Positions 52,252-61,957 of a stretch of DNA of 64,000 nucleotides are shown here, piece by piece (position 1 is the first letter of the stretch; each line of letters starts with the position of its first letter). Both the position numbers and the translations under genes were made by a program. The notes beneath the pieces were generated by a model. It made no database searches and was not told the origin of the DNA. It worked only from the letters and a program-made list of their open reading frames with translations. The DNA comes from Candidatus Dojkabacteria bacterium (lineage in GTDB: Bacteria > Patescibacteriota > Dojkabacteria > J137), in assembly GCA_030950485.1 (NCBI GenBank), contig JAUZRK010000025.1, positions 8,236-72,235 on the forward strand, read 5' to 3'.

Positions 52252-53055
52252 ATGAGCATTCTAGATAAAGCAGTAGCAGACATTGGTGATTCAGCAACAT
52301 AATTTGCAAGAGATCTAGTAAGAGCTGCTGGGTTTAGTAAGTATGGAGAATACTACGTAGGAACTACAGTAGATGGTATCCCAATATTTGATAGACCACT
52401 AACAACAGAGAGTAGTAAGAATGATGATAATAGCTACTCTAACACTATGCCCTCTTCAGCCAAATTACCCAAATCTCTAATTCAGTTAAACTCAAATTCA
52501 GTTCCTGAAATGCTAGACCCTAAAATCCATGGTGTCCTAACTATAGAAGAAATACTGAATAATCCAGAAGTTGTTGCAGTAGATATTGCGTGCGGTTTTG
52601 GTAGAGCTATGACAGAAGCTGCTTTAAAATATCCAGCCTCATTCATAGGATTGGACCTAAACTTAAGTATAGAAAACGATAGCAACAGCGTACTTACAAA
52701 AAGAATTGAGAATTTGCCTAAAAATCTAGCTTTAGTTCAGGGAAATTGGTCAAATTTACCTATTAAAACAAATTCTACTGATGTAATCTTTAATGTAGAA
52801 GGAGCAGGGGCTTGGCTAAGAACTGATGCTGCTCAAGTCGCAAGTGAACTTACTAGAATAGCGAAACCTGGATGCGTTATATATGGAACAGAGAGGGCCA
52901 AGGATGGAACTAAAAACTATGTCGAAGTTGTAGCAAATACTATTCTAAATGATGAGCTTACTAGATTAGGTTTGACTAAATATTTATTTTATACCGGCGA
53001 TATCGATGTAGATAAGTTTAATGTCTATTTTCCTGTTTGGGTATATAACGTCTGA
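52252..53055 (+). pseudogene. Class I SAM methyltransferase; likely true start 52252 with in-frame TAA (52300-52302)
   Basis: VDIACGFG, IGLDL, LPIKTNSTD, RIAKPG; upstream 65 codons in frame with a single stop. Confidence 0.65.
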
Positions 53056-53058
53056 TAT

Positions 53059-53367
53059 TTAATCTTTATCAATAACTTTACTTACTCTAATGTACCCGTT
53101 CTTTGATCTCCCGTTAGTTGCATTGCTAAGTAGCTTTTCTTTACTTAATGTAGAAGCTTTTACTTCGTCTTTTCTTAAAACATTTCCATTATAGTCTGCT
53201 AAATTATGCTCAAACTCAAGTCCATCAGTAGCACATTCATCAATTAATGAAATATAACTTAAAATAGAGTTAAACTCTCCTTCATACTTATCTAATTCTT
53301 CTTCATTCAAATCTAATTTTGATAATTTTGCTATATGAGAAACTTGCTCTTTTGTAATTTTATTCAT
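53059..53367 (-). CDS. gatC: Asp/Glu-tRNA amidotransferase subunit C
   Basis: ITKEQV.HIAKLSKL, LRKDEV, LSNA..GYIRV.KVI. Confidence 0.9.
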   Translation of the reverse strand: MNKITKEQVSHIAKLSKLDLNEEELDKYEGEFNSILSYISLIDECATDGLEFEHNLADYNGNVLRKDEVKASTLSKEKLLSNATNGRSKNGYIRVSKVIDKD

Positions 53368-53386
53368 ATATATCTCTTATAAAATT

Positions 53387-53995
53387 TTATACCTCCTCTA
53401 TACCTTTTAATTCAATTCTCTCTAGCTTTCTGTATATTGGGCTAAAATCTGGTTGAATTATACTTTCTACAAAATACATTTCATTTATAACTGCTGGTTT
53501 AAAATTTGGTATTTTAAAACCTTCAGTCATTTTAATGATCTCTTTTGAATTCTTAGTAGTTGCAGTATTTTTAAGTCTAGAAAGAGTTATATGGTTATTT
53601 ATTGAATATTTTTGCTTCCAATATATTGTATCGGATATTTTTAATTCTTTAATAACAGAATGTGTATCTTTAACTAAATTATTGAAAGAATCATTCTGTC
53701 TCAATCTAGCCATTAATATACGCTTTTGTTTTATATTCTGCATTTTAAATCCTAATTTCACTGAACTTATATGCAGTTTTATTGGTTTAAAAACATCTTC
53801 TCTTTTCTTAAACTCCTCAACTAAATAATCTTTAGTTTCTAGACTAACTCTTGGACCAATAAACTTAACTGTAAGATGCATTTGATCTACAGGTGTATGC
53901 TTTAAATTTCTTTTTTCTTTTGCGTATCTCCTTAAAGTATCTCTAAAATAATCTAGATATTCTTTTGGTGGAAATACTGCTAAAAATAATCTCAC
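53387..53995 (-). CDS. thpR: RNA 2',3'-cyclic phosphodiesterase (2H family)
   Basis: MRLFLAV, HLT and HIT motifs. Confidence 0.88.
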   Translation of the reverse strand: MRLFLAVFPPKEYLDYFRDTLRRYAKEKRNLKHTPVDQMHLTVKFIGPRVSLETKDYLVEEFKKREDVFKPIKLHISSVKLGFKMQNIKQKRILMARLRQNDSFNNLVKDTHSVIKELKISDTIYWKQKYSINNHITLSRLKNTATTKNSKEIIKMTEGFKIPNFKPAVINEMYFVESIIQPDFSPIYRKLERIELKGIEEV

Positions 53996-54030
53996 TTCTT
54001 TTAATTTATAAATTTAATTACTACTTTAGA

Positions 54031-55077
54031 CTATACTAGGCTCTTCTGATCGTCTTCACTATCTTCTTCATCATTATCATCATGAACTCCATTATTCAAA
54101 TTAATAATTGGTCCCTTCTTATAATTCCAGATTTTTACATTCTCTAAATACCAAATTCTCTTACTAAAGTCTTCATCATCTTCCATTTGAGATTGAATAG
54201 TGTAAGCAGATCTTGGCTTAGCGGAAGTTTCATCTATGTATGATAGCATTAAAGCTTCAGTTGTTGCAGGATTTACTGGAGAACCATATTCATATTTACC
54301 ATGATGAGACAAAATAAGGTGTTTGATATGAATTAATTTATCTTCATCCATTTTAGCCTTAGCGTAACTATTAAAAAGTTCAGTACCTAAGTAAACATGA
54401 CCTAGTAAATTACCTTTTTTAGAATAAGGTAAACTAATGTTAGTTGCATCTATCTCGTCTAATTTACCTAAATCATGAAGTATTATTCCTGCCAAAAGTA
54501 TGCTGTAGTCTACATTTGGATAAAATCTTTCTAGACCCTTAGAAATAGCTATCATTTCAAGAATATGTTGTAAAAATCCTGATCTAAATCCATGATGAAT
54601 AAAAGTAGATGCAGGCCAGTACTTCAATTTTCTTTTAATTTCTGTATCATTTAAAATTTCTAAAAGAACTGCTTTAATTTCCTCATCTTCAGCTTTTTCT
54701 ACTTCTTCTAAAAGTTCAGCATACATTTCATCTGCATCAAATTCACTAGATTCGATAAATTCTTCTAATGAGCTTTCATCTACGCTTTCAAGAGAATAAA
54801 TAACTAATTGAGGTGCTCCTCTATATTCATCTACTTTTCCAGATAATTTTACTACTTTGCCTGCTGTTATTGCTTTTCTATCTACCTTTGGTAGCGCTGT
54901 AGACCAAATTTTTGCTGGTATTCGCCCAGTTTTATCTCCTATCACTAGATCATAATAAGGATTTCCATTCTTATCCTCTGATTGTTTTTTATCAAAAATT
55001 GCAAATGTTTCAGAATCGAACACCTGTCCCTTTTGTAAATCTTTTATATATAAAGTTTTCATAGAATTTATTAACAA
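54031..55077 (-). CDS. yhaM: 3'-5' exoribonuclease YhaM (OB plus HD)
   Basis: DKTGRI.AKIW, PAS..HH..G..H, LHDLGK, ILSHHG..EYGSP. Confidence 0.9.
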   Translation of the reverse strand: MLINSMKTLYIKDLQKGQVFDSETFAIFDKKQSEDKNGNPYYDLVIGDKTGRIPAKIWSTALPKVDRKAITAGKVVKLSGKVDEYRGAPQLVIYSLESVDESSLEEFIESSEFDADEMYAELLEEVEKAEDEEIKAVLLEILNDTEIKRKLKYWPASTFIHHGFRSGFLQHILEMIAISKGLERFYPNVDYSILLAGIILHDLGKLDEIDATNISLPYSKKGNLLGHVYLGTELFNSYAKAKMDEDKLIHIKHLILSHHGKYEYGSPVNPATTEALMLSYIDETSAKPRSAYTIQSQMEDDEDFSKRIWYLENVKIWNYKKGPIINLNNGVHDDNDEEDSEDDQKSLV

Positions 55078-55097
55078 TGATTATTATACACTATCTT

Positions 55098-57062
55098 TTA
55101 TTTTTTTGATTTTTCGCTTAAATCTACTTCTACTCTTTCTTCAAAAGTTGAAACTGAAGAATGTTTATAAGCCTCTTGCATTACAAACTTTATTTCTTTA
55201 CCTCCAACCCTATATTTATAAGTAAGTACAGCTAAAAGCATGATTAAGATAGAAATTATTAAGTAAGTATAGTTTGATCCTCCACCTATGCTAGTTTTTG
55301 GAATTATTCCTCCTGTTGTTATTATTGTACATGTAATAGCTGTTCTTAAATCAAAGCTAGACTGATTATCCTGCTCTATAGATGTATCGTACTGGACTGT
55401 TGCAACATTATAAATACCATTTGTAAATAATGAAATATTTTCATTAGGTATAGTCACAGTATATGTATAAATTTTAGTTTCTCCAGCATTAAAACTACTT
55501 CCTCCCCAAGTAATGACACCTCCTGATAAACCTCCTGTTGGGTTTATACTTGAAGGAGTAACGCCTATTGACAATAATTTTGAATCATATCTATCCTCTA
55601 AAAAATCAATACTTCCTGTTACTGAACTAACATTTGTTACTGATACTCTATATGTAATAACCGCATCGCCATCTACTGAACAAGAGTTAGCTATTGCATC
55701 TTTAGTAATTACAAAATTAGGATCTATAACACCTGTATCTTCTACAGTTATAGTATCGTCAATACAACTTGATGATTGTGTGATTTCACTAGAAAGATCT
55801 AAAACATTTTCATATGCTTTTACATTAAAAGTACCAGCTGTTAACGTATTTGTAACAGTTCCTGTACTATCTGCTGCTTCCCAAACAAAAGTATATGTCC
55901 AAACATCATCTACATTATCAAAACTTGTTTCGAATGGACGTACATAGCTAAATCCTTTATTTTGATTATCACGTCCTCTACTACCTTCTACAATTATTCC
56001 TATATTTGGTAGTGGATTAGTACTTGATGAACTGCTGTACTGAAGGATATATGTTGCAGTGTTCCCAGAACCTAAACCTACTGAAGCAGTTGTCGTTTTA
56101 GCAAAATCTAAACAAGCTTCATTATCTTCAGATTCATCTGTAGGATCACATTCTCCTCCATCTCCATTACCATCAGGATAACAACCTGGATCCTCGTTAC
56201 CAGGGTTACAATCAATAGTACCATCATCGTCATTGTCTATCCCGTCACTACACTCTGTTGTAATCTCGCAAGTCGAGCTACAACCATCACCATTAATTAC
56301 ATTTCCATCGTCACAAGCTTCGTCATCTTCCATAACCCCATTTCCACAAATTGGATCACTCGTAGATTCAATTTTACATGTTGAATCACACCCGTCGCCA
56401 TTTACAATGTTTCCGTCATCGCACTGCTCTCCAGACTCCATATTTCCATTTCCACAAACTGGATTTAAAACCGGACAGTCCCCGCCATATGCAGCAGTAC
56501 CAAACCAAGTTCCACCTATTTGTATATCTATCTGTTTACATTGACCACAAGCAGCACCATTTGCATCGTATCTACCTGGTGAACTTGCAGTAAAAGTCTG
56601 TCGATTTGTACTAGTACCAACACAATCTTGATTAGTAATTTTCCCATCACCATTTTTATCAGATGCAGCGCCTGTAAAGCTAACAGCTTCATTAATATTA
56701 CAATTACTGCTTATATCTATATAAGATCCTGCAACTGAAGGATTATCTACATTACAATTATTGCCTCCAGGATCAGTTCCAGAACAATAAGATGGTGCTT
56801 GGTTATAGTTATAATCTGGTCTTACAGCTGAACCGACATTTGTACAGAATTCTGCTGCTCTTTCGTCACATGAGCCTTGCGGAGCACTACAGTCAGGCCC
56901 AAATTCAGAACCATCAAGACACGAACCTCCTATACAAGCTACACTCGCAGACGTATCTTCTGGTGCTGTTTCTTGAGAAGACTTATAGGCTATATAAATA
57001 GAAGCACTAGCTAAAACTAGTGTAAATATTAGTAAAAATGCAACTATAATTCTTTTTTTCAT
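55098..57062 (-). CDS. Cys-rich cell-surface protein with DUF4215-type repeats, DUF11-like domain and C-terminal sorting-like signal
   Basis: N-terminal TM; two CGNG..E..E.CDDGN..NGDGC..TC repeats; CSDGIDNDDDG.ID; IPKTS plus TM plus basic tail. Confidence 0.8.
   Translation of the reverse strand: MKKRIIVAFLLIFTLVLASASIYIAYKSSQETAPEDTSASVACIGGSCLDGSEFGPDCSAPQGSCDERAAEFCTNVGSAVRPDYNYNQAPSYCSGTDPGGNNCNVDNPSVAGSYIDISSNCNINEAVSFTGAASDKNGDGKITNQDCVGTSTNRQTFTASSPGRYDANGAACGQCKQIDIQIGGTWFGTAAYGGDCPVLNPVCGNGNMESGEQCDDGNIVNGDGCDSTCKIESTSDPICGNGVMEDDEACDDGNVINGDGCSSTCEITTECSDGIDNDDDGTIDCNPGNEDPGCYPDGNGDGGECDPTDESEDNEACLDFAKTTTASVGLGSGNTATYILQYSSSSSTNPLPNIGIIVEGSRGRDNQNKGFSYVRPFETSFDNVDDVWTYTFVWEAADSTGTVTNTLTAGTFNVKAYENVLDLSSEITQSSSCIDDTITVEDTGVIDPNFVITKDAIANSCSVDGDAVITYRVSVTNVSSVTGSIDFLEDRYDSKLLSIGVTPSSINPTGGLSGGVITWGGSSFNAGETKIYTYTVTIPNENISLFTNGIYNVATVQYDTSIEQDNQSSFDLRTAITCTIITTGGIIPKTSIGGGSNYTYLIISILIMLLAVLTYKYRVGGKEIKFVMQEAYKHSSVSTFEERVEVDLSEKSKK
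56262..56456 (-). repeat. Two diverged Myxococcus-type cysteine-rich repeats (108-bp period)
   Basis: CGNG codons start at 56456 and 56348 on the minus strand. Confidence 0.75.
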
Positions 57063-57065
57063 AAG

Positions 57066-57365
57066 CTAGAAGTCTAATAAGTCAGTATGTTCGCTTAAAT
57101 AATAACCCCAAATAAGAACTAAACTTATAATTTGTATACCTATAGAAATCATTATTCTACCAATTGCCCCGGGTTTTAATAATATTGTATTACCTAGGAT
57201 TTTGACTAGATTTAATCCAATTGAAACTAAGTTAACAAATAACAAAGCTAAACCAACTGCTATTAAAGCACCTTCTTCGCCTAAAGAAGTACTACTTAAA
57301 AGATATATTGCAGCTACTGGTATTGCAAATGCTCTTAAAACTATAAAAAATAATGTATTAATCAT
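57066..57365 (-). CDS. Small membrane protein (about 3 TM)
   Basis: Hydrophobic 99-aa ORF within a minus-strand gene run. Confidence 0.65.
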   Translation of the reverse strand: MINTLFFIVLRAFAIPVAAIYLLSSTSLGEEGALIAVGLALLFVNLVSIGLNLVKILGNTILLKPGAIGRIMISIGIQIISLVLIWGYYLSEHTDLLDF

Positions 57366-57369
57366 TTTT

Positions 57370-58908
57370 TTAAATATTTTCTAAAATCTTAGAATATGCT
57401 ACTAATGAAAAAACTCCTAGTAACAAGATACCTAAAATTAATGAATAATGTAAGTATCTTTCCTTATCATTAGGAAGAAACTTAAATCTAGGAAGGGAAT
57501 TAGAAAAATCTAAATTATTAATATTACTTTTTTTAATTCTCAAATCTATAACATTTAGAGCAAGTATCACCCATAATATAATAATTGAGTATAGTCCTAT
57601 GTATATAAAGAATGATAGTATAAATAAAAAGATAGTAACAAAAAGATTAAAAGCATAAATATTTACTTTACTATTATTCTTAAGTTGTAAACTTTCTTTA
57701 AAAGATTTTCCGCTAGCAAAAATAAAGGTAGCAAATAAAAATAGATATCCTATAAAATTCACTAGCCCTCCTGATCTTAGTATATTTTCGAAAAATGATT
57801 TACTAGTCCTAACGTTAGTTATTCCAAGTCCTTTATCACCAGCTCCAATACCCATTAATAATTCTTTGGTGCTGTTATCAATTAATTTAAAACCTCTTTG
57901 AAATGAATCCTTAGCATCTAGAATAAAACTAGAATTATAATTTGAATTCATACTTGCAACTAAAAGTAATAATAACAAGAGAAAAGGAGATATTAAAATA
58001 AGTAGTTTAATGATGCTAATTACAGTTTCTTGAAAACTAACAGCTATATCAGATTCTGAATTCTTTAAGCTCTTAGAAAATCTTGTAAAAGAAGACTTAA
58101 TATTTTTAATACTTACTAAGAAATATCTTGGTCTAAAAAACAATACAATAGCTAGTAAAGAGAATGATGCAATTAGTGCTGAAAATATTATTTGTAAGAA
58201 CATATCATTACTTACAAGATCCTTTTCAAAAATTCTATAAGAAAAAGTAATTGCTCCTAAAAAGTAAATATAGTAATAATTCTTACTTTTTAATCCCAAC
58301 ATAATCAGTAAAGGTACTGAAAGAATAAGAGGTAAAATTTCTAGCCCATTCGTATCTATAAAAAATGAGGTTAGTGAAAAAATTATTAGTGAGTAAAGGA
58401 AACTTTTTCTAATAAAATCAAAACTTTTCTTTGAAAAGCTTAAATTCGTAAAAATACTAAAAATACCTATTAGTAATATTATAGTAAGAGCTGAGAAAGC
58501 TTTAATATCAATACTTCCAAAGGAATTATAGCTAGAGTTTTCTACAATTAGCGATGGAATTGATGTAATTAAAGCAAATACTAATACTGGTAGTATATAT
58601 GGCGTTGAGATACAATCATCTTTGTTCTTATCTTTAAGTATTAAATATTTAGAAACTACAAATAGTGTAAAGGATACTATTGTAATTTTACTAAAGAAAA
58701 CTAGTAAAGAGCCTTCAAAAGAATATTCACTATACAATTTATACGAAAATGGAAGTAAAATAAAAACTACGGATAGAAAAAGTATATTAAATCCATTAAT
58801 TAGCTTAAATATATTTGATACATCTTTATCTTTTACACTTGGAATTGGCATGTTTAGGCTTATTTTCTTGTTGTTGAGTGCTGGAACTTGTAATATAATT
58901 CTCTTCAT
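57370..58908 (-). CDS. Polytopic membrane protein, possibly O-antigen ligase/polymerase-like
   Basis: More than 10 TMs; loop with GIGAG and ..ILRSGGLV pattern. Confidence 0.6.
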   Translation of the reverse strand: MKRIILQVPALNNKKISLNMPIPSVKDKDVSNIFKLINGFNILFLSVVFILLPFSYKLYSEYSFEGSLLVFFSKITIVSFTLFVVSKYLILKDKNKDDCISTPYILPVLVFALITSIPSLIVENSSYNSFGSIDIKAFSALTIILLIGIFSIFTNLSFSKKSFDFIRKSFLYSLIIFSLTSFFIDTNGLEILPLILSVPLLIMLGLKSKNYYYIYFLGAITFSYRIFEKDLVSNDMFLQIIFSALIASFSLLAIVLFFRPRYFLVSIKNIKSSFTRFSKSLKNSESDIAVSFQETVISIIKLLILISPFLLLLLLLVASMNSNYNSSFILDAKDSFQRGFKLIDNSTKELLMGIGAGDKGLGITNVRTSKSFFENILRSGGLVNFIGYLFLFATFIFASGKSFKESLQLKNNSKVNIYAFNLFVTIFLFILSFFIYIGLYSIIILWVILALNVIDLRIKKSNINNLDFSNSLPRFKFLPNDKERYLHYSLILGILLLGVFSLVAYSKILENI

Positions 58909-58988
58909 AAAGGCTCATTTAAAATCTCTTATAAATAAAAGGATATATTAAAAAAATACTTATATCAATAATATATGTATTTTTTCGT

Positions 58989-59059
58989 TCAGGGGTCGTC
59001 TAATGGTAGGACTTTGGTTTCTGGTACCAACTATCGGGGTTCGAGTCCCTGCCCCTGAA
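58989..59059 (+). tRNA. tRNA-Gln(CTG), CCA not encoded
   Basis: Acceptor TCAGGGG/CCCCTGA; anticodon arm TTGGT-TTCTGGT-ACCAA. Confidence 0.93.
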
Positions 59060-59064
59060 TATTA

Positions 59065-60183
59065 CTATCTAGGTTCGTATGGTACATAATCATACGGATT
59101 AATTGCTATTTTATCTTTCCAAAGAATAAAGTGAACATGTGTTCCCGTACTAAATCCTGTAGTTCCCATAAACATAAGTGGATCTCCTTGTAAAACAGTG
59201 TCACCTTTTTTTACGTAAAGAGTTCCATTTCCATGAAAATATTCAGTTTCAATACCTCCTCCGTGATCTAATCTTACATAATAACCTTGTCCTCCAGATC
59301 CCCAACCGGCATATGTTACAACTCCGTTTGCAACTGCTGATATTACACAACCTCTACCAAGAGCCATATCTACTCCATTGTGATAACTTAAGAATCCTCT
59401 TGAAATAATATATCCATCACATGACGGATCGTATAGCGGGTTTATGAATACATTTTTAGGTATGTCAATTGTTCCCTCTCCTCTTGTATCTTTCAAATTT
59501 CCATCAGGAATAAAAAGAGTTTGTCCGCCTTGAAGCTCATATGGAGGAGTAAGTCTATTAAACTCTACTATAGTAAATCTATTTGCTTCACTATTCTCTA
59601 CACTTGCATCAGCAATAATACTGTCTATAGTATCTCCTTTCTTAACATTATATATGACGCCATTAATTTCAGGTATAGTTAGTTCCCAGCCAGGTTCAAG
59701 TTTATCTGAAAAAGCAAGGCTTCCAACTCGTAAGTTAGCCCATCTAACTGTATCTTCTGTAATTCCATATTTTGCTGCAATATCTTGTAAAGTATCATCT
59801 TGATTAACTGTATATTTATATGTTTTAATTCCTCCAATACTTGGATCAGTTAATAAAACGGTTTCTATGCTACCACCTTGATCTAGAACATCGCTTTGAC
59901 CCAATACGTTAGCTGAAAATCCCTCTGAAGTAGCGTTTACATTTGAAGTTATCTTATAAACCAGACCAGATAAACCTATTGCAAGTGTTGTTATTAATAT
60001 AAACAGATGAGTAAAATTCCTGTAAAATTTACCTCTTCCCCAAAACATTCGACTCAAAACCTTTAGTTTTAGTTGTGTAAAAATTTCACTAATTATCTCT
60101 AGCTCTTTCATGCTTATTTTTTCCTTTCTGCTTGTCTTATTTCTCTCTACTACTCTACCAATTCTTAGATTTTTGTTATCCAC
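59065..60183 (-). CDS. LysM-domain M23 peptidase
   Basis: TM, two LysM (YTV..DTL..IA.KY), HNGVD and HVH zinc motifs. Confidence 0.93.
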   Translation of the reverse strand: MDNKNLRIGRVVERNKTSRKEKISMKELEIISEIFTQLKLKVLSRMFWGRGKFYRNFTHLFILITTLAIGLSGLVYKITSNVNATSEGFSANVLGQSDVLDQGGSIETVLLTDPSIGGIKTYKYTVNQDDTLQDIAAKYGITEDTVRWANLRVGSLAFSDKLEPGWELTIPEINGVIYNVKKGDTIDSIIADASVENSEANRFTIVEFNRLTPPYELQGGQTLFIPDGNLKDTRGEGTIDIPKNVFINPLYDPSCDGYIISRGFLSYHNGVDMALGRGCVISAVANGVVTYAGWGSGGQGYYVRLDHGGGIETEYFHGNGTLYVKKGDTVLQGDPLMFMGTTGFSTGTHVHFILWKDKIAINPYDYVPYEPR

Positions 60184-60259
60184 TTTCTATTATTTTAAAC
60201 AGCATTATTCTACCACAGTGCAAAAAAAAATATTTTAAAATAAGTAAAGATACATTAGA

Positions 60260-61027
60260 ATGGAGCTGATGAATATAGGTGATAAAAAAACAAGACAAAA
60301 TAACATAGCATTTGTATATGGCAAAAGAGCTATAAAGTCTGTTTGTTCGAATAAAAATGTATTTTTATCACAGATAATCTCTTCATTTGCAATATTACTT
60401 TTAGCTTTTTTTACTATTAAAGTAACTAAGGAAGAGTTTGATCAGTTTTATGTTAATGCAGAAAACAGTTTACAGTTAGAACTTACAGAAGCAAATGATG
60501 TGATTATTAGTAGAGATGAAAGTGTCAAACTTGAATATTCATCTTCAAAATCAAAACTAATTGAAGAAGATGTTCGAGTATATGTTTTAAATGAGTACTT
60601 TAAAAGCAGAAACTCTCCACTAGTTGGAGAAGCTCATCATTTTGTATACTACTGCGACTATTATGGAGCTCCGAAAGATTGTATTTCTGTAGCTGCTATA
60701 GCAAGGCATGAAACTGATCTGTGCAAATATCATACTTCTTATGATGAAAAGAACTGCTGGGGCTGGGGTGGCCCTCCTGGGTATAGATATAAGTTTGATA
60801 GCATAGAGCAAGGTATTGAAACGGCAACTAGGGTATTAGTTCAGCAATATGGTAATTATTACATGATAAATCCAGCGGAGATGGAAGATGTATTTTGTGG
60901 ACCAGGTCCAGAATGTATAGGATGGGGATTTCGAGTTTCGCAAATTATGAGAGAAATGGATGATTTCTCATATGCACTTGGCGTAGGTAGGCTTACAGAC
61001 TTCAATCAACCAGTGTTTAGATACTAG
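60260..61027 (+). CDS. Membrane-anchored lysozyme/glucosaminidase-like protein
   Basis: NSPL, AAIARHET, NCWGWG, F.SIE.GI pattern. Confidence 0.7.
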   Translation: MELMNIGDKKTRQNNIAFVYGKRAIKSVCSNKNVFLSQIISSFAILLLAFFTIKVTKEEFDQFYVNAENSLQLELTEANDVIISRDESVKLEYSSSKSKLIEEDVRVYVLNEYFKSRNSPLVGEAHHFVYYCDYYGAPKDCISVAAIARHETDLCKYHTSYDEKNCWGWGGPPGYRYKFDSIEQGIETATRVLVQQYGNYYMINPAEMEDVFCGPGPECIGWGFRVSQIMREMDDFSYALGVGRLTDFNQPVFRY

Positions 61028-61788
61028 TTAAAAATAAACCCTAGAATAAAGGGAAGCCTTTTATTTTTACCAAATGCAATATCAGGATTGGTTCTTGAAT
61101 AAAGTGCGACTGAGGATCCACCATCCAAATTTAATACAGTTATGGGTTCATTTAATTCTTCCAAATCTAATAAATCATTAGTTAGATCTGTTAGAGAGTA
61201 TGGTGTTGTAGTAATTCCTATGAATTTTTTACTTCCTGATGTTCCTAAAAATGATCTAAAATGTTTTGTTTTTCCATTTAGAGAGTTATCTATTAACTCA
61301 GTCTGAATTAAATTATCTGAAATAAATAACGGGCCTGATTGAAATGCATTAGCTAGATTTTCATCTAGTTGGTAATATTCTTCTGTACTTAGAAAATCAA
61401 ATTTATCAAGATCTAATACATGAGTAAGTTGTTCGTCTCCTCTTGAAAGGCCAGAATAGACATTATTATCTATTACTAATAAACCCGCATGCTCGTTTTC
61501 CTTTGTAAAATAACCTGCGTTAATAGCTATATCAAATTCATTAACTTCTGAATAATCAGCGAAATTAAGCTCTAAATTTTCTCGCAAATTGAGAATATAA
61601 TCTGCTTCATTGAATATAAATAGGTGTATATTATTTCTTTTTAGATAAGTATATTTGTCCGTTGGATTCTTAGCTAAAACCTCGTTTTGATTTGAGGTAT
61701 TAACTTTAGGTTGGTCTCTATTTTGTGAGTCTTGGATTAAAACAAATGCAGTTATAATTAGAAGAATTAGTGTTAGTTTGAATTTCAT
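61024..61788 (-). CDS. Phosphodiester glycosidase (NAGPA/DUF2233) family protein
   Basis: AINAGYF, QSGP, RSFLG, LNLDGGSS; signal peptide. Confidence 0.88.
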   Translation of the reverse strand: MKFKLTLILLIITAFVLIQDSQNRDQPKVNTSNQNEVLAKNPTDKYTYLKRNNIHLFIFNEADYILNLRENLELNFADYSEVNEFDIAINAGYFTKENEHAGLLVIDNNVYSGLSRGDEQLTHVLDLDKFDFLSTEEYYQLDENLANAFQSGPLFISDNLIQTELIDNSLNGKTKHFRSFLGTSGSKKFIGITTTPYSLTDLTNDLLDLEELNEPITVLNLDGGSSVALYSRTNPDIAFGKNKRLPFILGFIFN

Positions 61789-61798
61789 TATATTGAAG

Positions 61799-61873
61799 TG
61801 GTGAGTTGGGCGTGACTCGAACCCGCAACCAATGGCTTAAAAGGCCACTGCTCTACCATTGAGCTACCAACCC
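61799..61873 (-). tRNA. tRNA-Lys(TTT), CCA encoded
   Basis: Anticodon arm GTGGC-CTTTTAA-GCCAT; one G-A mismatch in the T-stem. Confidence 0.93.
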
Positions 61874-61957
61874 TTGATTTTTAACTTCTATTTTAAACTG
61901 CGAAAGAATTATATCATCATTTTTTTTGAATAGCTATATTTTCTAAGAGCTACAACT

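Noticed and set aside
56262-56456. Diversity-generating retroelement template/variable repeat pair
   Set aside because: These are in-frame protein repeats with differences not restricted to adenines, and there is no reverse transcriptase in the window
795-60811. Short antisense or nested ORFs in the track (for example 5782-6090, 12638-13081, 34896-35387, 55513-55947)
   Set aside because: They shadow well-supported genes on the other strand or frame and have low-complexity F/S/L/I composition
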